Source: an uncultured Acidobacteriota bacterium
GTDB lineage: Bacteria; Acidobacteriota; Vicinamibacteria; Fen-336
Assembly (NCBI GenBank): GCA_963847655.1
Contig: CAWKAS010000003.1
Coordinates: 75,350 to 139,349 of the forward strand
Reading direction: 5' to 3'
DNA length: 64,000 bases
The position numbers and the translations under genes were made by a program. This document shows, one piece after another, positions 49,508-58,918 of the stretch. Below the pieces are notes generated by a model, which saw nothing but the letters and a program-made list of their open reading frames with translations, ran no database searches and had not been told where the DNA came from. The stretch's first letter is position 1. Every line of letters starts with the position of its first letter.

Positions 49508-50185
49508 TCACGGCGTGGCCACCACGGTGTACTTCTGGCACTGCTTCGGGTGCAGCGCCATGCCCTCCGGGGTGACGTCGGTCACGCAGTTCTTCGAGGT
49601 CCAGGTCCCCACCGCGTAGTCCCAGGGCTCGCGGCAGGAGGCCCCGGTGCGACCGCGCACATCCAGGTTTCCGTCCCCGTCGAGGTCCATGGTGAAGTAG
49701 AGGGGGTCTCCTTCGGGGTCCGCGGTCAGGCACATGTTGAACCACACGGTGAAGGGCGCGGGGCCCGTGATCGTCCCGTCCTTCGCCCTCGGGGTGGTCT
49801 TGAAGACGACCTCGGGAGGCTGGTTCTCGACGACCTCGGGCTCCCCCGGGCCCACATCGACGGTCGTCGCGCAGCGAGCGGTCTGCGACGCGGTGCGGAC
49901 GTCGAAGGAGACCGTGTAGAGGCCCGCAGCGCCGTAGGTGTGATTCGCGTCCGGGTCGGTCCCGCTGGTGCCGTCGCCGTAGCTCACCGCCACCGAGACC
50001 GTACCCTGCGCCCCGGCCACACCCACGGCGAAGGCGACCTCGAGCGGCGCCGGCCCGCGCGACGGCGTGGCGCTGCACGTGGCGCTCAGCACGGGGGCGG
50101 TGATGGTGTCCCCCTCGTCGCAGCCCCCTCCCGCCACCGCGAGAAGGCTGATCCCCAGCAGTACGCTCCTGCGTCCCCCCTTCAT
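49508..50185 (-). CDS. Lipoprotein with PKD/Ig-like domains
   Basis: MKGGRRSVLLGISLLAVAGGGC lipobox. The PKD-like block is GPAPLEVAFAV...YGDGTSG...HTYGAAGLYTVSFDV. It is the only coding-like part of track ORF 49508..50848. Confidence 0.75.
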   Translation of the reverse strand: MKGGRRSVLLGISLLAVAGGGCDEGDTITAPVLSATCSATPSRGPAPLEVAFAVGVAGAQGTVSVAVSYGDGTSGTDPDANHTYGAAGLYTVSFDVRTASQTARCATTVDVGPGEPEVVENQPPEVVFKTTPRAKDGTITGPAPFTVWFNMCLTADPEGDPLYFTMDLDGDGNLDVRGRTGASCREPWDYAVGTWTSKNCVTDVTPEGMALHPKQCQKYTVVATP

Positions 50186-50214
50186 CGGCACGCTCCTCGT
50201 CCCGATGATACGCC

Positions 50215-50244
50215 TTGACGCCCCGGCGGGGGGACGGCTATCGT
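50215..50244 (+). promoter_or_regulatory. Candidate sigma-70 promoter TTGACG-N18-TATCGT
   Basis: It lies about 29 nt upstream of the ATG at 50273, with AGGAGAGG between them, in a divergent intergenic region. Confidence 0.3.
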
Positions 50245-50272
50245 CGGGGCCATTCACAGGAGAGGTCACGCC

Positions 50273-51406
50273 ATGCCCGAAGCCAACATCGCCCTGATCG
50301 GCTACGCCTTCATGGGACGGGCGCACAGCAACGCCTGGCGCCAGGTCGCCCGCTTCTTCTCGCCGAAGCTGACGCCCCGCATGAAGGTGATCTGCGGCCG
50401 AAATCGGAGCGCGGTGCGGAAGGCCTCGCGCAACCTGGGCTGGGAGGAGTACGCCACCGACTGGCGCGAGGTCGTCGCCCGTGACGACATCGACATCGTG
50501 GACGTCTCGACACCCGGCGACAGCCACGCCGAGATCGCCATCGCCGCGGCGAAGGCGGGCAAGGCCGTCCTGTGCGAGAAGCCGCTGGCCAACGACGTGC
50601 GCGAGGCGAAGCAGATGCTGGCGGCGGTCAAGAAGGCGGGCGTCGTGCACATGCTCTGCCACAACTACCGTCGCGCTCCCGCGGTGATGCTCGCCCGGGA
50701 TCTCGTGGCCTCGGGCAAGCTCGGTCGCATCCACCACTACCGGGGTGTCTACCTCCAGGACTGGCCCGTCGACCCGAGCGTGCCCCTGATCTGGCGCTTC
50801 GACAAGAAGGTGGCCGGCTCCGGAGCCCTCGGAGACATCCTGTCGCACTCCCTCGACCTGGGCCGCTTCGTCCTGGGCAGCGAGGTGGTCGAGGTGGCGG
50901 GGGTCATGGACACCTTCGTCAAGCAGCGCCCCCGCCTGGACAACCCGAGGAAGAAGGGACGGGTCACCGTCGACGACGCCTCCCTCGCCCTCGCGCGCTT
51001 CTCCAACGGGGCGCTGGCCTCCATCGAGGGAACCCGGTTCGCGCCGGGGCGCAAGAACTACCTCCGCTTCGAGGTCAACGGCAGCCGCGGCTCGATCGTC
51101 TTCAACTTCGAGCGCATGAACGAGCTCGAGTACTACACCCTGGACGACGAGACCCGGGTCCAGGGCTTTCGGCAGATCCTGGCCACCGACCCGTCACACG
51201 AGTACTTCGACCGCTGGTGGCCAGGCGGCCACCTCATCGGGTACGAGCACACCTTCATCCACACGGTGTACGACTTCCTGAATGCCGTCGCCGCCGGCCG
51301 GCAGGTGAGGCCCAACTTCGAGGACGGCGTGCGGAACCAGCTCGTCCTCGACGCGATCGAGAAGGCCGCGCAGACGAAGCGGTGGGTGACGGTCAAGCCG
51401 CTGTAG
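50273..51406 (+). CDS. Gfo/Idh/MocA-family NAD(P)-dependent sugar oxidoreductase
   Basis: [17 protein letters not shown] Rossmann N-terminus, EKPLA motif and a C-terminal alpha/beta domain. Length is 377 aa. Confidence 0.9.
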   Translation: MPEANIALIGYAFMGRAHSNAWRQVARFFSPKLTPRMKVICGRNRSAVRKASRNLGWEEYATDWREVVARDDIDIVDVSTPGDSHAEIAIAAAKAGKAVLCEKPLANDVREAKQMLAAVKKAGVVHMLCHNYRRAPAVMLARDLVASGKLGRIHHYRGVYLQDWPVDPSVPLIWRFDKKVAGSGALGDILSHSLDLGRFVLGSEVVEVAGVMDTFVKQRPRLDNPRKKGRVTVDDASLALARFSNGALASIEGTRFAPGRKNYLRFEVNGSRGSIVFNFERMNELEYYTLDDETRVQGFRQILATDPSHEYFDRWWPGGHLIGYEHTFIHTVYDFLNAVAAGRQVRPNFEDGVRNQLVLDAIEKAAQTKRWVTVKPL

Positions 51407-51517
51407 GGTGAGGGAGCACCGCGCTGGAGCGCCACCGGCACCGGCCGGCCAGGTTCCCATGGTGCGGCGCCGCCCGGGCCACGCGAGGACCGCCCCGCCC
51501 GGGGAGGAGAGGAGGGG

Positions 51518-52798
51518 ATGAGGGGCCGGCTGCCGCTGATCGTCGTGTCGGTCCTCCTGGGCGGCGCCGGTCCCGCGGCGGCGCAATCCAGCCTGGGCGA
51601 GCCGCTCTACAAGGCTCCTCCTCCCGGGGTCACCACGCGCTGGGTCAGCCCGGAGAACCCGACCGGGACCCCGGGGGCGGGGGGGCGATCGAACCGGGGA
51701 GCCAAGGGGGCGGCCTTCGTCGTCGTCGCGCCCGGCGAGAAGAAGGTCCTCTTCGAGTCCAGGGGCGCCGGCCTCATCACCCGCATCTGGATGAGCGGCA
51801 ACGTCCCCCGGGTGCCCGAGCTGCGGCGGGCGGTCCGCATCGACGTGTACTGGGACGGGGCGGCGACACCGGCGGTCTCGGCCCCGATCGGCGACTTCTT
51901 CGGGGTCGGCCTGGGCGAGCTGCTCCCCTTCGAGAGCGCGCTCTTCGCCAGTCCGGAGGCGCGATCGTTCAACGCCTTCGTGCCCATGCCCTACCGCACC
52001 GCGGCACGCATCGAGGTCACCAACGAGTCCCGGTGGCACGCGCTCATCTGGTACGACGTCAACGCCCTCGAGGTCCCCGCGCACCCTTCCGACGTCCTGT
52101 ACTTCCACGCCCACTGGAGACGGGAGCCGCGCACCCGGATGGGCCGGGACTTCGAGATCCTGCCCCGCGTCCAGGGGCGGGGGCGATACCTCGGGACCAA
52201 CGTCGGGGTGATCGGAAACGAGGCCTACCGGGGCACGTGGTTCGGGGAGGGCGAGGTGAAGGTCTACCTCGACGGCGATCGGGAGTGGCCGACGCTGGTG
52301 GGTACCGGCACCGAGGACTACGTCGGCACCGGCTGGGGCCAGGGCGAGTTCGCCGGTCAGCTCTCCGGCTCCCTCGTGGCCGATGAGGAAGACGACCGCT
52401 ACGCCTTCTACCGGTATCACCTGCCGGACCCAGTCTTCTTCCACGAGGCCTGCCGCGTCACTCTCCAGCAGATCGGCAACGCCCCGAGCGGGAAGGTCCG
52501 GGAGCTGGTCGAGAAGGGAGTGCCCCTCACGCCCACCTGGGCCCTGGAGCTGGGTGAGCGGGACGTGATGAGGATGTCCGAAGAGCCGGTGCAGCACCTC
52601 TTCCTGGAGGACGCGGACCCAGCGCGGCTGCTCTCCGACGAGTTCCCGCACAGCTCGACCAGCTTCTACCGGGAGGGGGACGACGTCTCCGCCACCGCCT
52701 ACTTCTACCTCGACCGTCCCGAGAACGACCTTCCCGCCCTCGCCGACGTCCAGTCCCGCCTGGTGGGGGTCGAGGACTCCACCGTCGGGACGAATTGA
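51518..52798 (+). CDS. Secreted DUF2961 (GH172-like) glycosidase
   Basis: Signal peptide MRGRLPLIVVSVLLGGAGPAAAQ. GEGEVKVYLDGD...PTLVGTGTEDYVG matches my memory of the DUF2961 signature. Confidence 0.8.
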   Translation: MRGRLPLIVVSVLLGGAGPAAAQSSLGEPLYKAPPPGVTTRWVSPENPTGTPGAGGRSNRGAKGAAFVVVAPGEKKVLFESRGAGLITRIWMSGNVPRVPELRRAVRIDVYWDGAATPAVSAPIGDFFGVGLGELLPFESALFASPEARSFNAFVPMPYRTAARIEVTNESRWHALIWYDVNALEVPAHPSDVLYFHAHWRREPRTRMGRDFEILPRVQGRGRYLGTNVGVIGNEAYRGTWFGEGEVKVYLDGDREWPTLVGTGTEDYVGTGWGQGEFAGQLSGSLVADEEDDRYAFYRYHLPDPVFFHEACRVTLQQIGNAPSGKVRELVEKGVPLTPTWALELGERDVMRMSEEPVQHLFLEDADPARLLSDEFPHSSTSFYREGDDVSATAYFYLDRPENDLPALADVQSRLVGVEDSTVGTN

Positions 52799-52839
52799 GC
52801 GCTCCCGACCGGGGACGGCCGCTCGGATACAATTCATGG

Positions 52840-53610
52840 ATGCGCCTCGAGGCAGTGATCTTCGACATGGACGGGGTGGTCACCCGCACCGCCGAGCTGC
52901 ACGTCCGGGCCTGGAATCGTCTGTTCGACGAGTACCTGGAGGCACGACGCGGGCGCGGCGAGCACCACGCCCCCTTCGATCCGGTGCGGGACTATCTCGA
53001 CTGGGTCGACGGAAAGCCCCGCTACGACGGGGTCCAGAGCTTCCTCGAGGCCCGGGGCGTCGACCTGCCCTTCGGGAACCGTGAGGACGGTCCCGGGGCG
53101 GAGACCGCCTGCGGCCTGGGCAATCTGAAGGACCAGTACTTCGAGGAGATCCTGAACGCGGAGGGGGTGAGGGTCTTCGAGTCCACCGTCGAGCGGATCA
53201 CCGAGCTGCGGGCCCTCGGGGCCCGGACGGCGCTCGGGACCTCCAGCCGACACGGGGGCCGGATCATGAGAATGATCGGCATCACCCATCAGTTCGACGT
53301 GATCGCCGACGGCAACACCATTCGAGAGCGCTCGCTCAGAGGCAAGCCGAGCCCGGACCTCTTCGTGGAGGCTGCCCGGGAGCTGGGGGTGGCCCCGAGC
53401 CGGACCGCGGTCGTCGAGGACGCGGTCTCCGGGGTCGAGGCCGGGGTGCGGGGGGCCTTCGGGCTTGTGATCGGCGTCGACCGCGGGGGCAACCGTGAGG
53501 CTCTCGAGAGGGGCGGCGCCGACGTCGTGGTCGAGGATCTCGCCGAGCTGAGCGCCGAGGACCTGCTCACGCCTCGGAACGGGAACAACCGCGGAGGAGG
53601 AACCCGATGA
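52840..53610 (+). CDS. Beta-phosphoglucomutase-family HAD hydrolase
   Basis: AVIFDMDGVV (DxDG), GTSS, KPSPDLF and VEDAVSGVEAG. An alternative TTG start at 52795 overlaps the previous stop. Confidence 0.88.
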   Translation: MRLEAVIFDMDGVVTRTAELHVRAWNRLFDEYLEARRGRGEHHAPFDPVRDYLDWVDGKPRYDGVQSFLEARGVDLPFGNREDGPGAETACGLGNLKDQYFEEILNAEGVRVFESTVERITELRALGARTALGTSSRHGGRIMRMIGITHQFDVIADGNTIRERSLRGKPSPDLFVEAARELGVAPSRTAVVEDAVSGVEAGVRGAFGLVIGVDRGGNREALERGGADVVVEDLAELSAEDLLTPRNGNNRGGGTR

Positions 53611-56048
53611 GTGACGCCGAAGGCTGGGTGGTGGTCTACGAGGGCTTCGACCCGCAGAAGCAGGCCCTGCGCGAGGCCCTCTGCGCCCTCGGCAACGGGG
53701 TGTTCGTGACGCGGGGGGCAGCGGAGGAGTCCCGGGCCGACGGCGTCCACTACCCCGGCACCTACCTCGCCGGGGGCTACAACCGGCTGGCCACGGAGAT
53801 CGCGGGCGAGACCATCGTGAACGAGGATCTCGTCAACTTCCCCAACTGGCTGCCTCTCACCTTCCGTCCCGCGCGGGGAGACTGGCTGGATCTCGCCTTC
53901 GTCGACATCCTGGAGTACCGCCAGGAGCTGGATATGCGCCGCGGACTCCTCCGCCGGCACATGCGCGTGCGCGACCGATCCGGGCGGGAGACCACCGTGG
54001 TCAGCCGGCGCCTCGTCCACATGGGTGATCCCCACCTCGCGGCCATCGACTACCGGATCACCCCGGAGAACTGGTCCGGCCGTGTCGAGGTCCTCTCCGA
54101 GCTGGACGCCTCGGTCACCAACTCGGGCGTCGCCCGCTACCGAGCCCTCGCCTCGAAGCACCTGGAGGCGGTGGATGCCGGCGACCACGGCGACTCCGGG
54201 ATCTGGCTCCTGGCCCGCACCAACCAGTCGCGCCTGGAGATGGGCCTCTCCGCCTGCACCCGCGTCTGGAGAGGCGACGAGGCGGCGGACGTCGACCGCC
54301 GGGTCGTTCGCGAGCCCGAGCGCATCGGCCTCGAGCTGGGCCTGGAGGTCCGCGAGGGCGAGGAGATCGGCGTCGAGAAGACCGTGGCCATCTACACGTC
54401 CCGCGACGTCGGGATCAGCGAGCCGGCGCTGGAGTCCCGGGAGGCCCTCGAGCGGTGCGGCCGCTTCGCCGAGCTCGAGCGCACCCACGCGACGGCCTGG
54501 GCGCCGCTGTGGCGGCGCTGCGACCTCCGGATCGAGCCGGCCAACCAGGAGCAGCTGATCCTCCGCCTGCACGTCTTCCACATGCTGCAGACGATCAGCC
54601 TCAACAAGATCGGCCGCGACACCGGCATCCCGGCCCGGGGCTGGCACGGGGAGGCCTACCGCGGACACGTCTTCTGGGACGAGGTGTTCATCTTCCCCTT
54701 CTTCAACCTCCGCTACCCCACCCTCACGCGCTCGCTGCTGCTCTACCGGTACCGCCGCCTGGACCGCGCGCGGTGGCTGGCGCGGCAGGAGGGCTACCGG
54801 GGCGCCATGTTCCCCTGGCAGAGCGGGAGCAACGGGCAGGAGGAGACCCAGGTCATCCACCTCAACCCCAAGGACAACACCTGGGGCCCGGACCTTTCCC
54901 GGCGCCAGCGCCACGTGAACATCGCCATCGCCTACAACGTCTGGCAGTTCTACGTGGTCACCGGCGACCGGGAGTTCCTCTCCCACTACGGCGCGGAGAT
55001 GATCATGGAGGTGGCGCGGCTGTTCGCCAGTCTCGCCACCCTGGACGGGGTCACGGGCCGCTACCACATCACCGGGGTCATGGGGCCGGACGAGTACCAC
55101 GAGAAGTACCCCGACTCGAAGGAGCCGGGGCTCCGCAACAACGCCTACACCAACGTCATGGCGGTCTGGGTCATGGAGCGGGCCCTGGAGATCCGGGGGC
55201 TCCTCCCCCCGGCCCGGGTCGCCGAGATCGCCGAGCGCATCGGCCTCGAGGCCGACGAGGTGGAGCGCTGGCGCGACATCACCCGGAAGATGACCGTCCC
55301 CTTCCACGGCGACGGGGTCATCAGCCAGTTCGAGGGCTACGACGATCTGAGGGAGTTCGACTGGAGGGCGGCCCAGGAGAGGCACGGGGACATCAAGCGC
55401 CTGGACCGCATCCTCAAGGCCGAGGGGGACAGCCCGGATCGCTACAAGCTCTCCAAGCAAGCCGACGTCCTGATGCTGTTCTACCTGCTGCCTCCCAAGG
55501 ACCTGGCCCGGATCTTCGAGGGGCTCGGGTACCGCTTCGACCGGGATACCGTCCGGAAGACGGTGGAGTACTACCTGCCGCGCACCAGCCACGGCTCCAC
55601 GCTGAGCAAGGTCGTCCACGCCTCGGTGATCGACCGCATCGACCGGCAGGCGGCGTGGGGTCTGTTCCAGGAGGCGCTCCAGGCCGACTTCGCCGACGTC
55701 CAGGGGGGGACCACTCCCGAGGGCATCCACCTCGGGGCCATGGGCGGCACCCTGGACATCGTGTTCCGCCACTACGCGGGGATCGACACCACCGACGACG
55801 TCATCGCCTTCTACCCGCGCCTGCCCGAGGCCCTCGATCGCCTGCGGCTCCGGGTGCGGCACCGGGGCCGCTGGTACGGCCTCCAGGTGACCCGGGACCG
55901 CTTCGTCCTGGAGATCGAGCCGGGACCGCCGGGGCCGGTCCACGTCCGGGTCTTCGACAAGGAGCCCCGGCTCGAGCCGGGCGACCGCTACGAGTGCGAG
56001 CTGCCGGGCCCGCCTCCCGAGTGGGCGCCGGCCGGGACCTCCTCCTGA
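53607..56048 (+). CDS. GH65 glycoside phosphorylase (kojibiose/trehalose/maltose phosphorylase family)
   Basis: ATGA overlap with the beta-PGM gene. EALCALGNGVFVTRGAAEE, GWHGEAYRGHVFWDE and FPWQSGSNGQEET are GH65 blocks. Confidence 0.9.
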   Translation: MSDAEGWVVVYEGFDPQKQALREALCALGNGVFVTRGAAEESRADGVHYPGTYLAGGYNRLATEIAGETIVNEDLVNFPNWLPLTFRPARGDWLDLAFVDILEYRQELDMRRGLLRRHMRVRDRSGRETTVVSRRLVHMGDPHLAAIDYRITPENWSGRVEVLSELDASVTNSGVARYRALASKHLEAVDAGDHGDSGIWLLARTNQSRLEMGLSACTRVWRGDEAADVDRRVVREPERIGLELGLEVREGEEIGVEKTVAIYTSRDVGISEPALESREALERCGRFAELERTHATAWAPLWRRCDLRIEPANQEQLILRLHVFHMLQTISLNKIGRDTGIPARGWHGEAYRGHVFWDEVFIFPFFNLRYPTLTRSLLLYRYRRLDRARWLARQEGYRGAMFPWQSGSNGQEETQVIHLNPKDNTWGPDLSRRQRHVNIAIAYNVWQFYVVTGDREFLSHYGAEMIMEVARLFASLATLDGVTGRYHITGVMGPDEYHEKYPDSKEPGLRNNAYTNVMAVWVMERALEIRGLLPPARVAEIAERIGLEADEVERWRDITRKMTVPFHGDGVISQFEGYDDLREFDWRAAQERHGDIKRLDRILKAEGDSPDRYKLSKQADVLMLFYLLPPKDLARIFEGLGYRFDRDTVRKTVEYYLPRTSHGSTLSKVVHASVIDRIDRQAAWGLFQEALQADFADVQGGTTPEGIHLGAMGGTLDIVFRHYAGIDTTDDVIAFYPRLPEALDRLRLRVRHRGRWYGLQVTRDRFVLEIEPGPPGPVHVRVFDKEPRLEPGDRYECELPGPPPEWAPAGTSS

Positions 56049-56101
56049 AGTCCCGGCCTCCCACCGGTTGAAGGGCGGGCTTGCGCAGTGCGGACGCGCA
56101 G

Positions 56102-57373
56102 CTAGGGCACCAGCTCGGTCGGAACCGCGGTGATGTTCCAGGTGAAGCCCGACATGCCCTCGGGATGGGCGAAGATCACCTCGCGCACCGGGGCCCCCGC
56201 CTTCCAGACGTAGCGGCGCACCTCGTGGTGGTCGTCGCTGGCGGCGTACAGCTCGTCCGCCCCGTCGCCGTCCAGGTCGGCGAGCAGGGACGCGTGCTCG
56301 AAGCCCGAGGAGTCCCGGTCGATGGAGACCACCGTCCACGGGTCCCCCGGTCCCGGCCCGGGGCTCAGGAGCCAGAGGCCGCTCTTGAAGCCGGCGGCGA
56401 CGATCTCCTTGCGCCCGTCACCCTCCACGTCACCGGAGACGAGGACGCGGCACAGCTTGTCGTCGAGGGTCGCGATCGTCTCGCCGGCGTCCGGGGCGGT
56501 GTCCGCCTCGTACCGCTGGATCTCCACACGACCCCCCGAGACCGCCTCGACCGCGACGTAGAGCTCGTCCCTCCCGTCGCCGTCGACGTCGTCGACGAGG
56601 ATCTCCTTGGCATGGCGGTCACCCAGGTCGGCCACCACCGTGCGGCCCTCCTTCCGCGCGGGGACGTAGCGGACCACCTCCCCCGGCTGGGGCGTCCCGT
56701 CGAGCTTGTTGGGCAGGCTGGGGGTGGCGTAGATCTCGAGCGTCCCGTCGGCGTCCAGGTCCCCCACCTCCACCTCGTGGACGAAGGTGTTCTCCTGGCG
56801 ATCCAGCTCAACCACCTTGAAGCCGCCCTCGCCGTCCGGCCGGACGACGGCGACGACCCCCTGGTCGTGGGTGGCGACGACCACGTCGGGCTCGCCGATC
56901 CCGTAGACGTCGGCGATCTCGCCGTCCCGCATCCGCGAGAATTTCCCGCCGAAGTCGGCCTCCCACAGGGTTCGTGGGTCGGCGCCCTTCGGCCACAGGC
57001 GCACGATGGCCGCGGTGCCCCCGAGGGTCAGGATCCCCGGCTCACCCGAAGGCGGCGCGTACGCCATCACCTTGTGGAAGACGTTGGAGTCCGGGTCGAC
57101 CAGCGTCCGGTACTCCCACTTCCCGCCCTTCCGGACGAGGAAGGCCGCCGTCGCCGGCTGCGGCACCTGCTTGCCTTCCGGGGACTTCTCGAAGAGCGCG
57201 AGCCCCAGGGCCAGGGCCCGAGGAAGAGACTCAGGCCCGTCGCTGCCCGGCTTCTCCTCGCCTCCGCCCCGGCACGCGCCCAGGCCGACGGCCGAGACCA
57301 GGACGGCGAGGACGAGGTTCAGGAGTGGCCACCGCCCTGCTCGTGTTCGTTTCCGCGTGCCTGTCCGTGACAT
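56102..57373 (-). CDS. FG-GAP/VCBS-repeat beta-propeller lipoprotein
   Basis: LVLAVLVSAVGLGAC lipobox. Repeated DxDGDG.E-type calcium-binding loops (DLDADGTLEIY, DVDGDGRDELY, DVEGDGRKEIV, DLDGDGADELY). Confidence 0.82.
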   Translation of the reverse strand: MSRTGTRKRTRAGRWPLLNLVLAVLVSAVGLGACRGGGEEKPGSDGPESLPRALALGLALFEKSPEGKQVPQPATAAFLVRKGGKWEYRTLVDPDSNVFHKVMAYAPPSGEPGILTLGGTAAIVRLWPKGADPRTLWEADFGGKFSRMRDGEIADVYGIGEPDVVVATHDQGVVAVVRPDGEGGFKVVELDRQENTFVHEVEVGDLDADGTLEIYATPSLPNKLDGTPQPGEVVRYVPARKEGRTVVADLGDRHAKEILVDDVDGDGRDELYVAVEAVSGGRVEIQRYEADTAPDAGETIATLDDKLCRVLVSGDVEGDGRKEIVAAGFKSGLWLLSPGPGPGDPWTVVSIDRDSSGFEHASLLADLDGDGADELYAASDDHHEVRRYVWKAGAPVREVIFAHPEGMSGFTWNITAVPTELVP

Positions 57374-57570
57374 CCGACCTCCTCCTGCCGGGCCGCTCCC
57401 GGCGATTCCCGGTCTGCTTCTTCTGCGATCTCCGCGACGATCCGGCCGCGGGCGGCGGGCGCCTCCAGCCCGGTCGCGGTCAGCTCGGGCCGGCAGCACG
57501 CATCCGTCGCGGGGCCGCCAAGGAGCCCACTCTCATCTTGCCATGAGTGAGGCCAGACGACCGCCCGCGC

Positions 57571-58365
57571 CTACTCGAACTCCCCGGCCCGCGGCTGGAG
57601 CTCCCGGACCCAGATGTTGCGGAACCGCACCGGGTTGGTGTGGTCCTGGATCCGTAGCGGCAGCTTCGCCGCGTGCGCCTTGTAGGGCGGCCGCTGCTTG
57701 TGGCCCGTGGGGCCGGTGTACTCGGAGGCGTGCTGCACCAGGACCCCGTTGTGCAAGACCGTCACCCGGGCCGGCGTTACCGCCCTTCCCTGGGCGTCGA
57801 AGCGGGGCGCCTCGAAGGCGATGTCGTAGACCTGCCAGGTGCCGGGCGGGCGCGAGGCGTTCACGAGGGGCGGGTACTGCCCGTAGAGGGCAGCGGCCTG
57901 CCCGTCTGGGTAGGTCTCGTTCTCGTAGGAGTCGAGGACCTGCACCTCGTAGCGTCCCATGATGTAGATCCCGCTGTTGCCACGCTCCTGGCCCTTGCCC
58001 ACCGGGGGTGTTGGGGTCTGGAACTCGACGTGGAGCTGGATGTCCCCGAAGGGCTGCCTCGTCTCGATGTCCCCAGACTTCGGGACCACCTCCACGTAGC
58101 CGTTCTCCACCTTCCACGGCGCGGCGCCACCGTCCTTCGCGCTCTTGAAAGCGGACAGATCGGTCCCGTCGAAGAGCACGATCGCGTCGGAAGGGGGCAT
58201 CCCGGGTGAGTCCTGGGTGCTGAACGTGCCCGGGCTCACGATCTTCGGCCGGGGCCGCTCGAGGTCGTGCACCGGCCAGTCGTAGGGCGACTGGGCCCGG
58301 GCGCCTGCCGTCCCCAGCACCAGCACGAAGACAGCAGACGAGATGCAGGCGACTCTGGTGCTCAT
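57571..58365 (-). CDS. Secreted DUF1080 (3-keto-disaccharide hydrolase family) protein, second copy
   Basis: Signal peptide MSTRVACISSAVFVLVLGTAGARA. VLFDGTDLSAFK, GNSGIYIMGRYEVQVLDS and VRFRNIWVREL. Confidence 0.88.
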   Translation of the reverse strand: MSTRVACISSAVFVLVLGTAGARAQSPYDWPVHDLERPRPKIVSPGTFSTQDSPGMPPSDAIVLFDGTDLSAFKSAKDGGAAPWKVENGYVEVVPKSGDIETRQPFGDIQLHVEFQTPTPPVGKGQERGNSGIYIMGRYEVQVLDSYENETYPDGQAAALYGQYPPLVNASRPPGTWQVYDIAFEAPRFDAQGRAVTPARVTVLHNGVLVQHASEYTGPTGHKQRPPYKAHAAKLPLRIQDHTNPVRFRNIWVRELQPRAGEFE

Positions 58366-58444
58366 GGTGTCTCCTCCGGCCGCCCACGCGGCCGGTCCCG
58401 GCCGCTTATACCACTTCGTTCCAGTGAAGACGAGGAGGAGGCGT

Positions 58445-58918
58445 TCAACGCGACCGGCGCCACCGCCGCCCGCCGGATTCGGGCTCCTCGTCCTCCTCCG
58501 CGGACGGCTGCGCCAGCACATCCAGGTAGGCGAGGAGGGCGGTGATCTCGGACTCGGCCAACGTGCGTCCCCACGGGGGGCACAGGGCCGAGCGACCGAG
58601 AGCGACCGTTCCCCCCTCGATCACCCGCCGCCGGTCGTCGGGGGGCATCTCCCCCAGCGACTCCCGGAAGTCGGGGGGCGGGGGCTGGAGGTTGAAGGCG
58701 TTCTGCCCGTCGCCACGTCCCTCGGGCCCGTGGCAGGTCGCGCAACGCTGGACGAAGACGCGACGCCCCTCGGCCTCGCGTGTGCTCAGCTCCCCCTCGC
58801 GGAAGGCCTCCTGCACGGCGTTGACGGGCGGGTCCTTCGGGGCCGGTCGGCAGCCAACGGCGAGGGCGAGCAAGAGGCCGGCGACGGCGGCCCCCCGACC
58901 CTTCGACGGACGTCTCAC
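58445..58918 (-). CDS. Monohaem class-I c-type cytochrome lipoprotein with Cys at the expected sixth-ligand position
   Basis: GTGA overlap with the upstream gene. LLLALAVGC lipobox and CATCH haem site. ALCPPWG occurs where class-I cytochromes usually have MPxWG or MPxFG. Confidence 0.8.
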   Translation of the reverse strand: MRRPSKGRGAAVAGLLLALAVGCRPAPKDPPVNAVQEAFREGELSTREAEGRRVFVQRCATCHGPEGRGDGQNAFNLQPPPPDFRESLGEMPPDDRRRVIEGGTVALGRSALCPPWGRTLAESEITALLAYLDVLAQPSAEEDEEPESGGRRWRRSR

